Below, piece after piece: positions 1 through 8,370 of a DNA stretch of 46,105 nucleotides; position 1 is the stretch's first letter; each line of letters opens with the position of its first letter. The stretch is taken from assembly GCA_035285545.1 (NCBI GenBank), contig JAYKGY010000115.1, forward strand, positions 1-46,105, written 5' to 3'. The position numbers were made by a program, and so were the translations under genes. Source of the DNA: Snowella sp. (GTDB lineage: Bacteria; Cyanobacteriota; Cyanobacteriia; Cyanobacteriales; Microcystaceae). The notes under the pieces are model-generated. The model worked only from the letters and a program-made list of their open reading frames with translations, did not search any database and was not told where the DNA came from.

Positions 1-440
1 TAAGATTTGAAGACCCTACTAAAACTAGACCCATTTCACCGCCTCAACCACTTAAACAATGTCCTTGGGTTTTTAATGTGGGAGAAAAAACATTATATCG
101 AGTTGATGCTGGAAAACGAACTGAAAGACATCTTCCACCTCAGCTAACAACTATTTTAAATTATATGGCGAACCAAAATATAAAATATGGAAAAGAAAAA
201 GTCTGTAAATCTAAGGAATTAAGGGAAGCGAGGGACTCTTATAATGGACTTTGTAGCGAGGAGCAATTGCATAATATTGTCAAAAAAATCAGAGATGTGT
301 TATCAGAAGTGGATGAAAATAACGCAGAAGATGAAGATTTATTATTGGAGGCAGATGAAAAAAACAAAAAAGCTAGGCAAAAATGGTTTAAAACCGAACA
401 AGGTGAAGGCTATACTCTTAAAATTATTTGTGAGCAATAG
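1..440 (+). CDS. C-terminal part of a protein with an OmpR/PhoB-type winged-helix DNA-binding domain (5' end outside the window)
   Basis: The frame is open from position 3 (RFEDPTKTRPISPPQP..., a Pro-rich linker) to TAG at 438-440. LPPQLTTILNYMA / VCKSKEL / LHNIVKKIRDVL / WFKTEQGEGYTL follows the Trans_reg_C pattern ending in TxRGxGYxL. Confidence 0.6.
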   Translation, partial: RFEDPTKTRPISPPQPLKQCPWVFNVGEKTLYRVDAGKRTERHLPPQLTTILNYMANQNIKYGKEKVCKSKELREARDSYNGLCSEEQLHNIVKKIRDVLSEVDENNAEDEDLLLEADEKNKKARQKWFKTEQGEGYTLKIICEQ

Positions 441-490
441 ACAAGTATGAAATGTGGTAAGGGATAACAATTCAGGCGGAAGTTGTATTA

Positions 491-1663
491 TTATCCTTGA
501 GGTAAGGAAAATTGATTTTTAATAGCCAAAGCAATGTCTTCTTGTGAAGGTGGCTCGCCATTATTCTTTAGAAATAACGAATACAATATCTCTATGTATA
601 TTTCTCCCAAAGTGGTAGTTATCATTGCCGCCGTACTAGCAGAAATAGTGCCACCAGCAATAGAACCAATACCAGGGATCATTTTAAAAAGGTTTGAAAC
701 AATAGCTCTGCCAATAAATGTGCCCCCAGTTCCAGCAGCAAGGGAACCCACAACGACCCCAAGAAAGCTTTGGTCTAATGAAAGTCCAAAAGTCGCTGAA
801 ATACCAGCAAGCATTGCAACTTGAACGGGAACAATTAGCACGGCATCTGAAAATGGAATTGGTGAAGCCCCCATTGCACCGGCTGTCATAGCAGCACTAA
901 GTACTATTTTATGAGATTTTGTCTTTTTGATATTTAGATCAACTTTTTGAGCTGCAATAAATGCCCTTTTAATGCCTTCAGGCACTGCTCCCATTGTTAA
1001 TTCAACTAGATTGTCTAGTCCCATTACTTCTTCAATATGACCTGAATCAAATTTTTCTTGTACAGCACGAACCCGAATTACATTTTTGACTAATGGTAAT
1101 CTTTCTTGCACTATCTGGCGAAAAGATCTGATTTGACCGTCAGAATCTCTTACGCCATCCTGTCGAGCTTTCGTAATTACAGCAATAACAGGCATATAAT
1201 CTGCAAGCATTTTAACTAATTCTTCTTCTGCTGGCTCGACACGACGAAGATCTTCCGCAATACAAATCCAAGCAACATGAATATGCTTCTTTGGTTCAGC
1301 ACTCTGATTCTTTTCAAAAATAAATTGCCTAAGAGATTTCAATGTTTCTGAAAAATCTGCCATTTCCAGACCGCGAGTATCAAAAATAGAAAGCGGAATA
1401 CCTTCTTTTTTAATTTCTCTTGTATGCTGAGTGACAGGGCGACCTTGACCTGTTGTTGCAAAATTGCCTTGAAAAACAGCATTAATCAAAGTACTTTTCC
1501 CAACACCTGTTCTTCCTGCGATCAAAACATTCACATGACCTTGCTCCTTTAAGGCTTGTTTAATGGAGTTATTAATAACTTCCTCAAAATTGAAGTCTTC
1601 CATGTCATCACTCATTGATTCAATAAATTGCTGTTGTTTTAATACTCGTAATGGATACTGCAT
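491..1663 (-). CDS. P-loop GTPase with C-terminal DUF697/YcjF-like hydrophobic domain
   Basis: G1 GRTGVGKS, G2 GRPVT, G3 DTRG and G4-like TKAR; C-terminal GASPIPFSDAVLIVPVQVAML and Gly-rich helices typical of DUF697. Confidence 0.8.
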   Translation of the reverse strand: MQYPLRVLKQQQFIESMSDDMEDFNFEEVINNSIKQALKEQGHVNVLIAGRTGVGKSTLINAVFQGNFATTGQGRPVTQHTREIKKEGIPLSIFDTRGLEMADFSETLKSLRQFIFEKNQSAEPKKHIHVAWICIAEDLRRVEPAEEELVKMLADYMPVIAVITKARQDGVRDSDGQIRSFRQIVQERLPLVKNVIRVRAVQEKFDSGHIEEVMGLDNLVELTMGAVPEGIKRAFIAAQKVDLNIKKTKSHKIVLSAAMTAGAMGASPIPFSDAVLIVPVQVAMLAGISATFGLSLDQSFLGVVVGSLAAGTGGTFIGRAIVSNLFKMIPGIGSIAGGTISASTAAMITTTLGEIYIEILYSLFLKNNGEPPSQEDIALAIKNQFSLPQG

Positions 1664-1669
1664 AGCTCA

Positions 1670-2008
1670 CTATTCACCAAATATTTTTTTGACTGTCTGC
1701 TTAGCCTTGGCTTTGACATCATCGGTAATATACATGGCTATCATGCCAATGGCGGCCGCTATAGCTCCTAAATCATCGGTATAACCGACTAAAGGCACAA
1801 CATCGGGAATTGAATCAATCGGTGAAATAAAATAAGCAAGGGTACTAAAAACAATTGTCTTTGCCCATATAGGCGTGCTTTTCTCTTGAGCCGCGTAGTA
1901 AAGCCAAAGTGCTTTTTCAACCACCTCACGACCTGCACTCAGAGCAAAATTTTTAACTTTATCCCAAAATCCTGAATCAGAATAACTTTGATTTGCAGTT
2001 ACAGACAT
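1670..2008 (-). CDS. YkvA/DUF1232 family membrane protein
   Basis: LAYFISPIDSIPDVVPLVGYTDD signature of DUF1232. Confidence 0.9.
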   Translation of the reverse strand: MSVTANQSYSDSGFWDKVKNFALSAGREVVEKALWLYYAAQEKSTPIWAKTIVFSTLAYFISPIDSIPDVVPLVGYTDDLGAIAAAIGMIAMYITDDVKAKAKQTVKKIFGE

Positions 2009-2089
2009 AAAACTCTCTCTAAATAATAAAATGTGGGAAATAAATAACGCGCTTTTATTTACTATTTTTTTAATACTCAGCTAATTCTT

Positions 2090-2133
2090 AAAAAGAGAGG
2101 AATCTGTTGATGTTTTTATTCCTCTCTTTTTTT
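2090..2133 (-). terminator. Intrinsic terminator-like hairpin (possibly bidirectional)
   Basis: Perfect 14-bp inverted repeat AAAAAGAGAGGAAT (2090-2103) / ATTCCTCTCTTTTT (2118-2131) with A/T tracts at both ends, just downstream of the 2142-2366 gene. Confidence 0.65.
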
Positions 2134-2141
2134 GGGTTGAG

Positions 2142-2366
2142 TTAATCGTTGAACCACTTAAGCACTTTTACAACACCATAAGTTACTAGACCTGCACTAG
2201 CAACAATACCTGCAACAGGCAAAGCAACTGTTGTTGTTGTTGTTAATCCAATAACTCCTAAAAGCCCTGGGGCTGAAGATGTAAGTGTGGCAACCGTAAT
2301 TGAACCAGCCCCTGCGGTACTTGCTGCCGTTGTCACAATACCAGTAACAATTTTTGCATCATCCAT
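2142..2366 (-). CDS. Small hydrophobic Ala/Gly/Thr-rich membrane protein (glycine-zipper-like)
   Basis: 74 aa; GAGG RBS upstream of ATG; long hydrophobic stretches ending in YGVVKVLKWF. Confidence 0.7.
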   Translation of the reverse strand: MDDAKIVTGIVTTAASTAGAGSITVATLTSSAPGLLGVIGLTTTTTVALPVAGIVASAGLVTYGVVKVLKWFND

Positions 2367-2432
2367 TGTTTTAACCTCGAAAATGTGCGTTTAATGTAAA
2401 TAAAATTGATGTATAGAAACGATTGAAAATAC

Positions 2433-2642
2433 CTAATCAATAATTTTTTTAAGGCCATAAGCTGCTAGTCCAGCGATCGCACCAGCCCCAATTACTGGAG
2501 CCGCACCAATCGCAATTCCGCCAAACGCACCAGCTAGTCCCATATTGCCAACAAATGCTGCTAAACTAGCTCCTAACGCACTACCACCAGCTACAAAGCC
2601 AGCCGCTTCTTTTAATTTTTCGTCTTGATTTTGCTTGGACAT
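2433..2642 (-). CDS. Small glycine-zipper membrane protein
   Basis: Start reassigned to ATG 2642 (MSKQNQD) behind a GAGGA RBS; 69 aa with repeated GxxxG/AxxxG motifs (GAFGGIAIGAAPVIGAGAIAGLAAYG). Confidence 0.75.
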   Translation of the reverse strand: MSKQNQDEKLKEAAGFVAGGSALGASLAAFVGNMGLAGAFGGIAIGAAPVIGAGAIAGLAAYGLKKIID

Positions 2643-2709
2643 AAACGCTATTCCTCTAGAAAATTTATTACTGAAATCAGCATACACAGAATTTATCGAA
2701 TTCCACTAT

Positions 2710-2763
2710 CTATCATTTTTCTATCTACCTATCCAACTATCTTTTCTCTATTCATCTATCCAA
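2710..2763. repeat. Imperfect 27-bp tandem direct repeat built from CTATC units; candidate operator
   Basis: CTATCATTTTTCTATCTACCTATCCAA (2710-2736) and CTATCTTTTCTCTATTCATCTATCCAA (2737-2763), 22/27 identical, about 70 bp upstream of the first gene of the minus-strand run. Confidence 0.6.
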
Positions 2764-2948
2764 ATTAAAATCAAGAAAAAATTCAACTTTGAGGCTATCT
2801 AAGCATAACTCTAACAAGTTCCAACAAATCTACTTTCAAAGGACAGAACGCCGAGTGTACATAGGCAATCTAAATTAAAAAAACGTACTGGTATTATGCA
2901 GTTTGTTTTATCTTTTGATTCAAAATCTTTGTCTCAACCTAAAGAAGA

Positions 2949-3449
2949 TTATCGAGATTGATGTCTTTTCTGGGAAAACCAGTTCTGTAATTGTTCTCGA
3001 CAACGCCGCTCTAAAATTCCCGAAATCACAGGTAAACGGTGATTTGATGCCGGGCTATCGGGTAAATTCAAGACAGTGCGAACACTCCCTGTTTTGGGAT
3101 CGTTGGCTCCATAGACTAATAACCCTAAACGAGCGTGAATAATTGCCCCCGTACACATCGGGCAGGGTTCTAGGGTGACATACAGCGTTAAGTCATCTAA
3201 ATGCCAGTTGTGTAACTGTTGACTCGCGGTTTGAATCGCCAAAAGTTCTGCATGGGCTGTGGGATTACTGTCTCTTTCTTTGCGATTACTGGCTTCTGCC
3301 ACCAGTTGATTATGCCGATCCACAATAACAGCACCCACAGGAATTTCTCCTGCTTCGCCGGCTTCGGCAGCTAACCGTAAAGCTCTTTCCATCCAATAGC
3401 AATGTTTTTGGTAGGCGATCGCGTCTAATTGGAAAAGATCAAACCTCAT
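2949..3449 (-). CDS. tadA: tRNA-specific adenosine deaminase
   Basis: GEIPVGAV, PTAHAE and LYVTLEPCPMC zinc-deaminase motifs; ATGA overlap with argF. Confidence 0.92.
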   Translation of the reverse strand: MRFDLFQLDAIAYQKHCYWMERALRLAAEAGEAGEIPVGAVIVDRHNQLVAEASNRKERDSNPTAHAELLAIQTASQQLHNWHLDDLTLYVTLEPCPMCTGAIIHARLGLLVYGANDPKTGSVRTVLNLPDSPASNHRLPVISGILERRCREQLQNWFSQKRHQSR

Positions 3450-4372
3450 TCAATTCCTAACAAGCTAACCAATAATGCTTTTTGAGCGTGCATCCGATTT
3501 TCTGCCTGATCCCAAACCCGTGAATGGGGGCCTTCAATAGCATCATCGGTAATTTCTTCCCCACGGTGAGCAGGTAAACAATGTAAAACAATGGCATCGG
3601 GATCAGCGTGGTCTAACAGTTTTTGGTTGACCTGATAGGGTTGGAAAATGGGAATACGCTCATCCGCTAAATCTTCCTGCCCCATACTCGCCCACACATC
3701 AGTATAAAGAACTTGGGAACCTTGCACGGCAGCGAGGGGATCATCGGTTAAGACAATCTCTGCCCCATTGGTGGCTAAGGCTTTGGCCTGTTCAATAATC
3801 ATAGGATCGGGTTGATAACCTTTTGGGGTCGCAACGCGCACATTTATCCCCATCATTACGCCACCTAAAATTAACGAATGAGCCACATTATTGCCATCCC
3901 CTAAATAGGTGACGGTTAGACCGGACAATTGACCGAAACATTCTTGAATCGTTTGTAAATCCGCTAAAATCTGACAGGGATGCTCCAAATCACTCAATGC
4001 ATTGATCACAGGGATTTTGGCATAATTCGCAAAGGTTTGTAGGTCTTCTTGCTTAAACGTCCGAACAGCCAAAATATCTAGATAGCGATCCAATACTCGC
4101 GCCGTATCCGTAATCGGTTCTCCCCGTCCCACCTGAGTAACGCTGGGATTAAGATCCAGAACTTGCCCCCCTAACTGATACATTGCCGCACTAAAAGAAA
4201 CACGGGTGCGGGTAGAAGCTTTATAAAATAATAATCCTAAAATCTTTTGGCATTGGGGTTTGAGCTTACCACTTTTAAGTTGGGCAGCGAGTTCTAGAAC
4301 GGATTTCAGTTCCTCAACACTGAGGTCTGCAATACCTAAAATATCTCTCCCTTTGAGGCTTTGGATATCCAT
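3446..4372 (-). CDS. argF: Ornithine carbamoyltransferase
   Basis: STRTR, HPCQ, DVWASMG, HCLP and QAENR motifs. Confidence 0.97.
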   Translation of the reverse strand: MDIQSLKGRDILGIADLSVEELKSVLELAAQLKSGKLKPQCQKILGLLFYKASTRTRVSFSAAMYQLGGQVLDLNPSVTQVGRGEPITDTARVLDRYLDILAVRTFKQEDLQTFANYAKIPVINALSDLEHPCQILADLQTIQECFGQLSGLTVTYLGDGNNVAHSLILGGVMMGINVRVATPKGYQPDPMIIEQAKALATNGAEIVLTDDPLAAVQGSQVLYTDVWASMGQEDLADERIPIFQPYQVNQKLLDHADPDAIVLHCLPAHRGEEITDDAIEGPHSRVWDQAENRMHAQKALLVSLLGIE

Positions 4373-4818
4373 TCTTTCATTCCCTTTTTAACGAGTGTAA
4401 GCAACTTGACCAAGCGCAAGGCTTTATTATAGATCGCGACGGGAGTGGAAGAAAATGCTTTGGGCCAGCTTTTCCGATCTTGGGAGTTGATTTATCGGGA
4501 TTTAGCCATAGGTATGAGAGTCGAGTGCTTTTCGCTTGGGCGATCGCGAGTTGTTTGCCAGTCAATCAACCATTGAATTCATTAATTTTTTAAAACGAGA
4601 TCTTTTAAATTCTGGTTAAACATCTTAATATCCGTAGTAATAGGAACTTAAATTTAGCTTGCAGTGTCGAGGAAAATCAAGTACATTGATGGGTAGCTTT
4701 AAGGCAATTGCGTGTAAATTCGTAATTTCAGACGATTTATGCTCTTAATTGGTAAATTTCCAATAGTTTCGCTACTAATTTATTAAAATACAATAATAAA
4801 ACACCATAATTTTCGGTA

Positions 4819-6285
4819 ATGATTAACTCTTCTTTTTCCCGTCAAGCTTTTAGTTTAGTCATAGGATTCTCCTTGCTGATAACGGCCTGTGGAGAAGGTG
4901 AAAAACAAAAAGCAGCAGGCCCAAGAGCACTTCCTGTCAAACTGCAACAACTAGAACCGAAAACCGTTGTTGATAGTAGTGAATTTGTCGGTACTCTTAT
5001 TGCCCATGAGTTTGTGCAATTAGCTCCCAAAATTAATGGCCGAATTTTAAAAATTTTCGCCAATTACGGTCAAGCGGTTAAACGCAATGATCCAATTTTG
5101 TTATTAGAGCCAACGCAGCAACAGGAAGATGTTAATGCAGCAATAGGCAATGTCAATGTTCAAAAAGCGACTTTAGATAGAAGTCAAGCTGATGTAAGAA
5201 CCGCCGAAGCCCAACGGGATGCTGCTCAATCTGATATTGCTACTCAACAGGCGAATATTGCTAACGCGATCGCGAACTTTGCCAATGCTCAAGAAGTCAC
5301 TAAAACACGAGAGGCAGATCTGAAACGGGCCCAAGCTAGCCTGAATCTAGCCGAAATTAATTATAAGCGTTCTAAATTTTTAGTCGAAACAGGCGTTCAA
5401 CCCCAACAGGATCTAGATAATAAAACTACTGAGTTAAAAAATGCTCAAGCTGATGTTGATGCCGCCTTAAAAACGGTTCAAGCAGCTAAAGCGAGTGCCC
5501 AAGCGGCTCAAGCAAGTGTGGGAGCGGCCAAATCTGCATTAAAACAAATCCAAGATAATGTCCGAGCCGCCAGTCAACGAGTAGCAGCCGCCCAAGCCGA
5601 TATTAAGCGTCAACAAGGGGCTATTCAACAAGCCCAGGGCCAATTAGGATCAACCACCCAAAATTTAATTTTTAATCGAGTCGTCGCGCCCATTGATGGC
5701 ATTGTTGGGACAATCACTTTAAAAGTCGGAGATGTGCTGCAACAGGGAGAAAGTTTTACGACGATTACTAATAATGCCTTAATGGAAATGAATATTAATG
5801 TTCCGGTTGAACGTGTGCCCCAATTACGGAAGGGATTAACTGCGGAGATTATCAATCAAGACGGAAGCTCCGGTGTTGTAGGACAAATTGGCTTTGTTTC
5901 ACCGACGGTGGATCAAAATTCCCAGTCTGTTCTGGCGAAAGTGATGTTTCCCAATAATGGAACCTTACGCAATAATCAATACGTCCGAGTACGGCTGATC
6001 TGGAATCGTCAACCTGGCTTATTGATTCCCACCAGTGCCATTACCAATGTGGGGGCCCAAAAGTTTGTCTTTGTCGCTCAGTCAGATACGAATAAAGCCG
6101 ATAAAAGCCAGTTAGTTGTCAAACAAACACCTGTTACGGTGGGCAATATTCAAGGCCAATCCTACCAAGTCCTTTCAGGTATTAATGCGGGAGAACGGGT
6201 TGTAGTGTCTCGTATTTTAGAACTGAGGGATGGGACGTTGATTACCGACGAAAGTACCATGACCAAACAAGTGGTGGAGCAATAG
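4819..6285 (+). CDS. RND-type efflux periplasmic adaptor (membrane fusion) lipoprotein
   Basis: Lipobox LLITAC, lipoyl half-motifs (PKINGRI..., APIDGIVG) and a long Ala/Gln coiled-coil hairpin. Confidence 0.9.
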   Translation: MINSSFSRQAFSLVIGFSLLITACGEGEKQKAAGPRALPVKLQQLEPKTVVDSSEFVGTLIAHEFVQLAPKINGRILKIFANYGQAVKRNDPILLLEPTQQQEDVNAAIGNVNVQKATLDRSQADVRTAEAQRDAAQSDIATQQANIANAIANFANAQEVTKTREADLKRAQASLNLAEINYKRSKFLVETGVQPQQDLDNKTTELKNAQADVDAALKTVQAAKASAQAAQASVGAAKSALKQIQDNVRAASQRVAAAQADIKRQQGAIQQAQGQLGSTTQNLIFNRVVAPIDGIVGTITLKVGDVLQQGESFTTITNNALMEMNINVPVERVPQLRKGLTAEIINQDGSSGVVGQIGFVSPTVDQNSQSVLAKVMFPNNGTLRNNQYVRVRLIWNRQPGLLIPTSAITNVGAQKFVFVAQSDTNKADKSQLVVKQTPVTVGNIQGQSYQVLSGINAGERVVVSRILELRDGTLITDESTMTKQVVEQ

Positions 6286-6295
6286 GGCAGCACAC

Positions 6296-7540
6296 ATGGC
6301 ATCACCCGTCTGGCTAAATCGAGCAAATCAATGGGTTAATCAGCGATCACTAAAAGCGTTAGAGAATGCTTACCAACAGGCGAAAGTGATTAAATCTATT
6401 GAAGAAAAACACTTTGAGGGGCAAAAAATTTCTCCCGATAGCGATCGCGGTCAGAGCGTATACGACTATTTTAAAAGTAGCCTAGACCGAGAACTAGCCC
6501 AAATCCGTTTGAACTTAACCCAATTCCGTTTTGGTAACTTTTTTACTGTTACCGTAGCTTCTGAATTGAACTTGGAGAATAAACAGGAACAAGAGATTCT
6601 TAATAAATTAAATTTTATTGAATCCGTTATCGGCAAATATCGTCAAAATCCAGATGATTTATTGACTTCTAAATTAGAGATAACGACACCTGCCCCCAAT
6701 CTATCCTCAAAATCCCCCGATCCCCCACTCTCTCGGCTGCCTGAATCGCTCTCACCGAATATCAAGGATACGTCTAGCTTTTTGCGCTTAAATCGAGAAT
6801 TAACTGAAGAATACGAACAACAAGTCATTCAACAACTCCGTAACTTACGCCAAGAACGCAAAATTGCCATTCGTTTTTTGATTTTATTGATTGTTGTACC
6901 TTTAAGCGTTCAAGTTTTAACAAAAAATTTGGTTTATAGCCCGTTGATCAATTACTTTATGGTAGATGATAAAAAAATTGATCAAATGAAGATTAGTGAA
7001 GAAATTGTAGAAGAAAAATTTGAAGAATTTGCTCGTTACAAAGAAATTTTAGAAATTCGAGAAATTTTGGGATTAGATGAGGCTTTAACCGCCCAGGAAA
7101 AACAGGAAAGACTTAAGAAAAAAGCGCAAGAGTTGGTAACAGAAGCAGCAGAAAAAAATCAAAATGGATTTAAAAATTTATTAGCTGATTTGACTTCTCT
7201 GGCTACTTTTACGGTATTAGTTGCTGTTTTTCGTCAAGAATTTAAAATTGTTAGGCAATACCTAAATCGTATTTTCTTGGGCTTAAATGACGTGGCAAAA
7301 GTATTTATTTTTATTCTATTAACCGATATGTTTGTAGGTTTCCATTCTGCTGAAGGATGGGAAGTGATTTTAGAAAGCTTTTTCAGTCATTTTGGCTTAC
7401 CCGAAAATCGTCAATTTATCTATATTTTTATTGCCACTGTTCCAGTGATTTTGGATTCATTTTTTAAATTACTGATTTTTAACTATTTTACTCGGAAGTC
7501 TCCAAGCGCAGTTGCCATTTTAGAAAAAATGCAGCAATAA
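6296..7540 (+). CDS. pxcL: CemA/PcxA-like proton extrusion paralogue (PxcL-like)
   Basis: TDMFVGFHSAEGWE and FIATVPVILD CemA motifs; diverges from the canonical SPHGWE copy at 8371-9711. Confidence 0.75.
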   Translation: MASPVWLNRANQWVNQRSLKALENAYQQAKVIKSIEEKHFEGQKISPDSDRGQSVYDYFKSSLDRELAQIRLNLTQFRFGNFFTVTVASELNLENKQEQEILNKLNFIESVIGKYRQNPDDLLTSKLEITTPAPNLSSKSPDPPLSRLPESLSPNIKDTSSFLRLNRELTEEYEQQVIQQLRNLRQERKIAIRFLILLIVVPLSVQVLTKNLVYSPLINYFMVDDKKIDQMKISEEIVEEKFEEFARYKEILEIREILGLDEALTAQEKQERLKKKAQELVTEAAEKNQNGFKNLLADLTSLATFTVLVAVFRQEFKIVRQYLNRIFLGLNDVAKVFIFILLTDMFVGFHSAEGWEVILESFFSHFGLPENRQFIYIFIATVPVILDSFFKLLIFNYFTRKSPSAVAILEKMQQ

Positions 7541-7671
7541 TACTTGCGTTAGGTAAGCAATTAGAATTAGTCACCTAATGGACGGACACAAGTAAGGAAA
7601 AGCCTGATGAGACAAAGGGGGGCAAAAAAGAAAAAATCTGGCATGAAAAGAAACGAGAGAGGATGCTTGAT

Positions 7672-8250
7672 TTAATTATTGACCTCTGCCATTTCAATCA
7701 CTCTATCCTCTAAATCTTTCACCAAAAAATTCAAGGGCTTATTGCGGCGGATTTTATAGCGTAAGCGTCGGGATTGAACCCGTAAGAGAATTTGCTCTAA
7801 ACAATCGTGGTCAAAACACACATGACGTTGGCGGTTTTTCGTGCCGTAACTGGCTCCGCCGATAATGTGGAGTTGGGTGTTTTTCTTGAGTTGATACCAG
7901 AGACCCTCACTTTGGTTATAGCGAGTCATGGGAGTAGAACTGGGATTTGCAGATAAATAGAAAGAATCAACCCCCGCTGCCCCTAAGGTCTGCTCGTAGT
8001 TGTAATAGTAATGAAGGGGGACATCCGCCACGTTAAGCTCTAACAAGCCTTCATAAAATTGCCGAGCCACTTCTAGATCGGAGACCATAATGGTGTGAAC
8101 TTTGGGCGCGCTGGTTAAAAACATCCACATCGCCGCAGCATAAGCCCCTAGTAGCATGACCATAATTCCTTGGGTCGAAAAAATGCTATCAATGGGTAAA
8201 AAGGCTCCTAAAGAGGGGATAGGTAACCATGCGCCAGCATTTATCATCAT
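7672..8250 (-). CDS. Cyanobacterial glyoxalase-like (VOC) domain membrane protein
   Basis: N-terminal TM helix, HTIMVSDLEVARQFYEGLL, HVCFD, VKDLEDRVIEM. Confidence 0.8.
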   Translation of the reverse strand: MMINAGAWLPIPSLGAFLPIDSIFSTQGIMVMLLGAYAAAMWMFLTSAPKVHTIMVSDLEVARQFYEGLLELNVADVPLHYYYNYEQTLGAAGVDSFYLSANPSSTPMTRYNQSEGLWYQLKKNTQLHIIGGASYGTKNRQRHVCFDHDCLEQILLRVQSRRLRYKIRRNKPLNFLVKDLEDRVIEMAEVNN

Positions 8251-8370
8251 TTAAATCCTTTTACTATTCAACTCAGTCAAAATAATTTGTTTATGTTTAT
8301 ATCATACACGCTACAATTCTTGCGGTGATTTGTTTAGAATTGTCTTCCTCAAAGCGATGGAAACGATTGG

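Noticed and set aside
2903..3142. 79-aa + strand ORF and the many other short ORFs overlapping long genes
   Set aside because: Antisense or alternate-frame shadows of well-supported genes, with no motifs.
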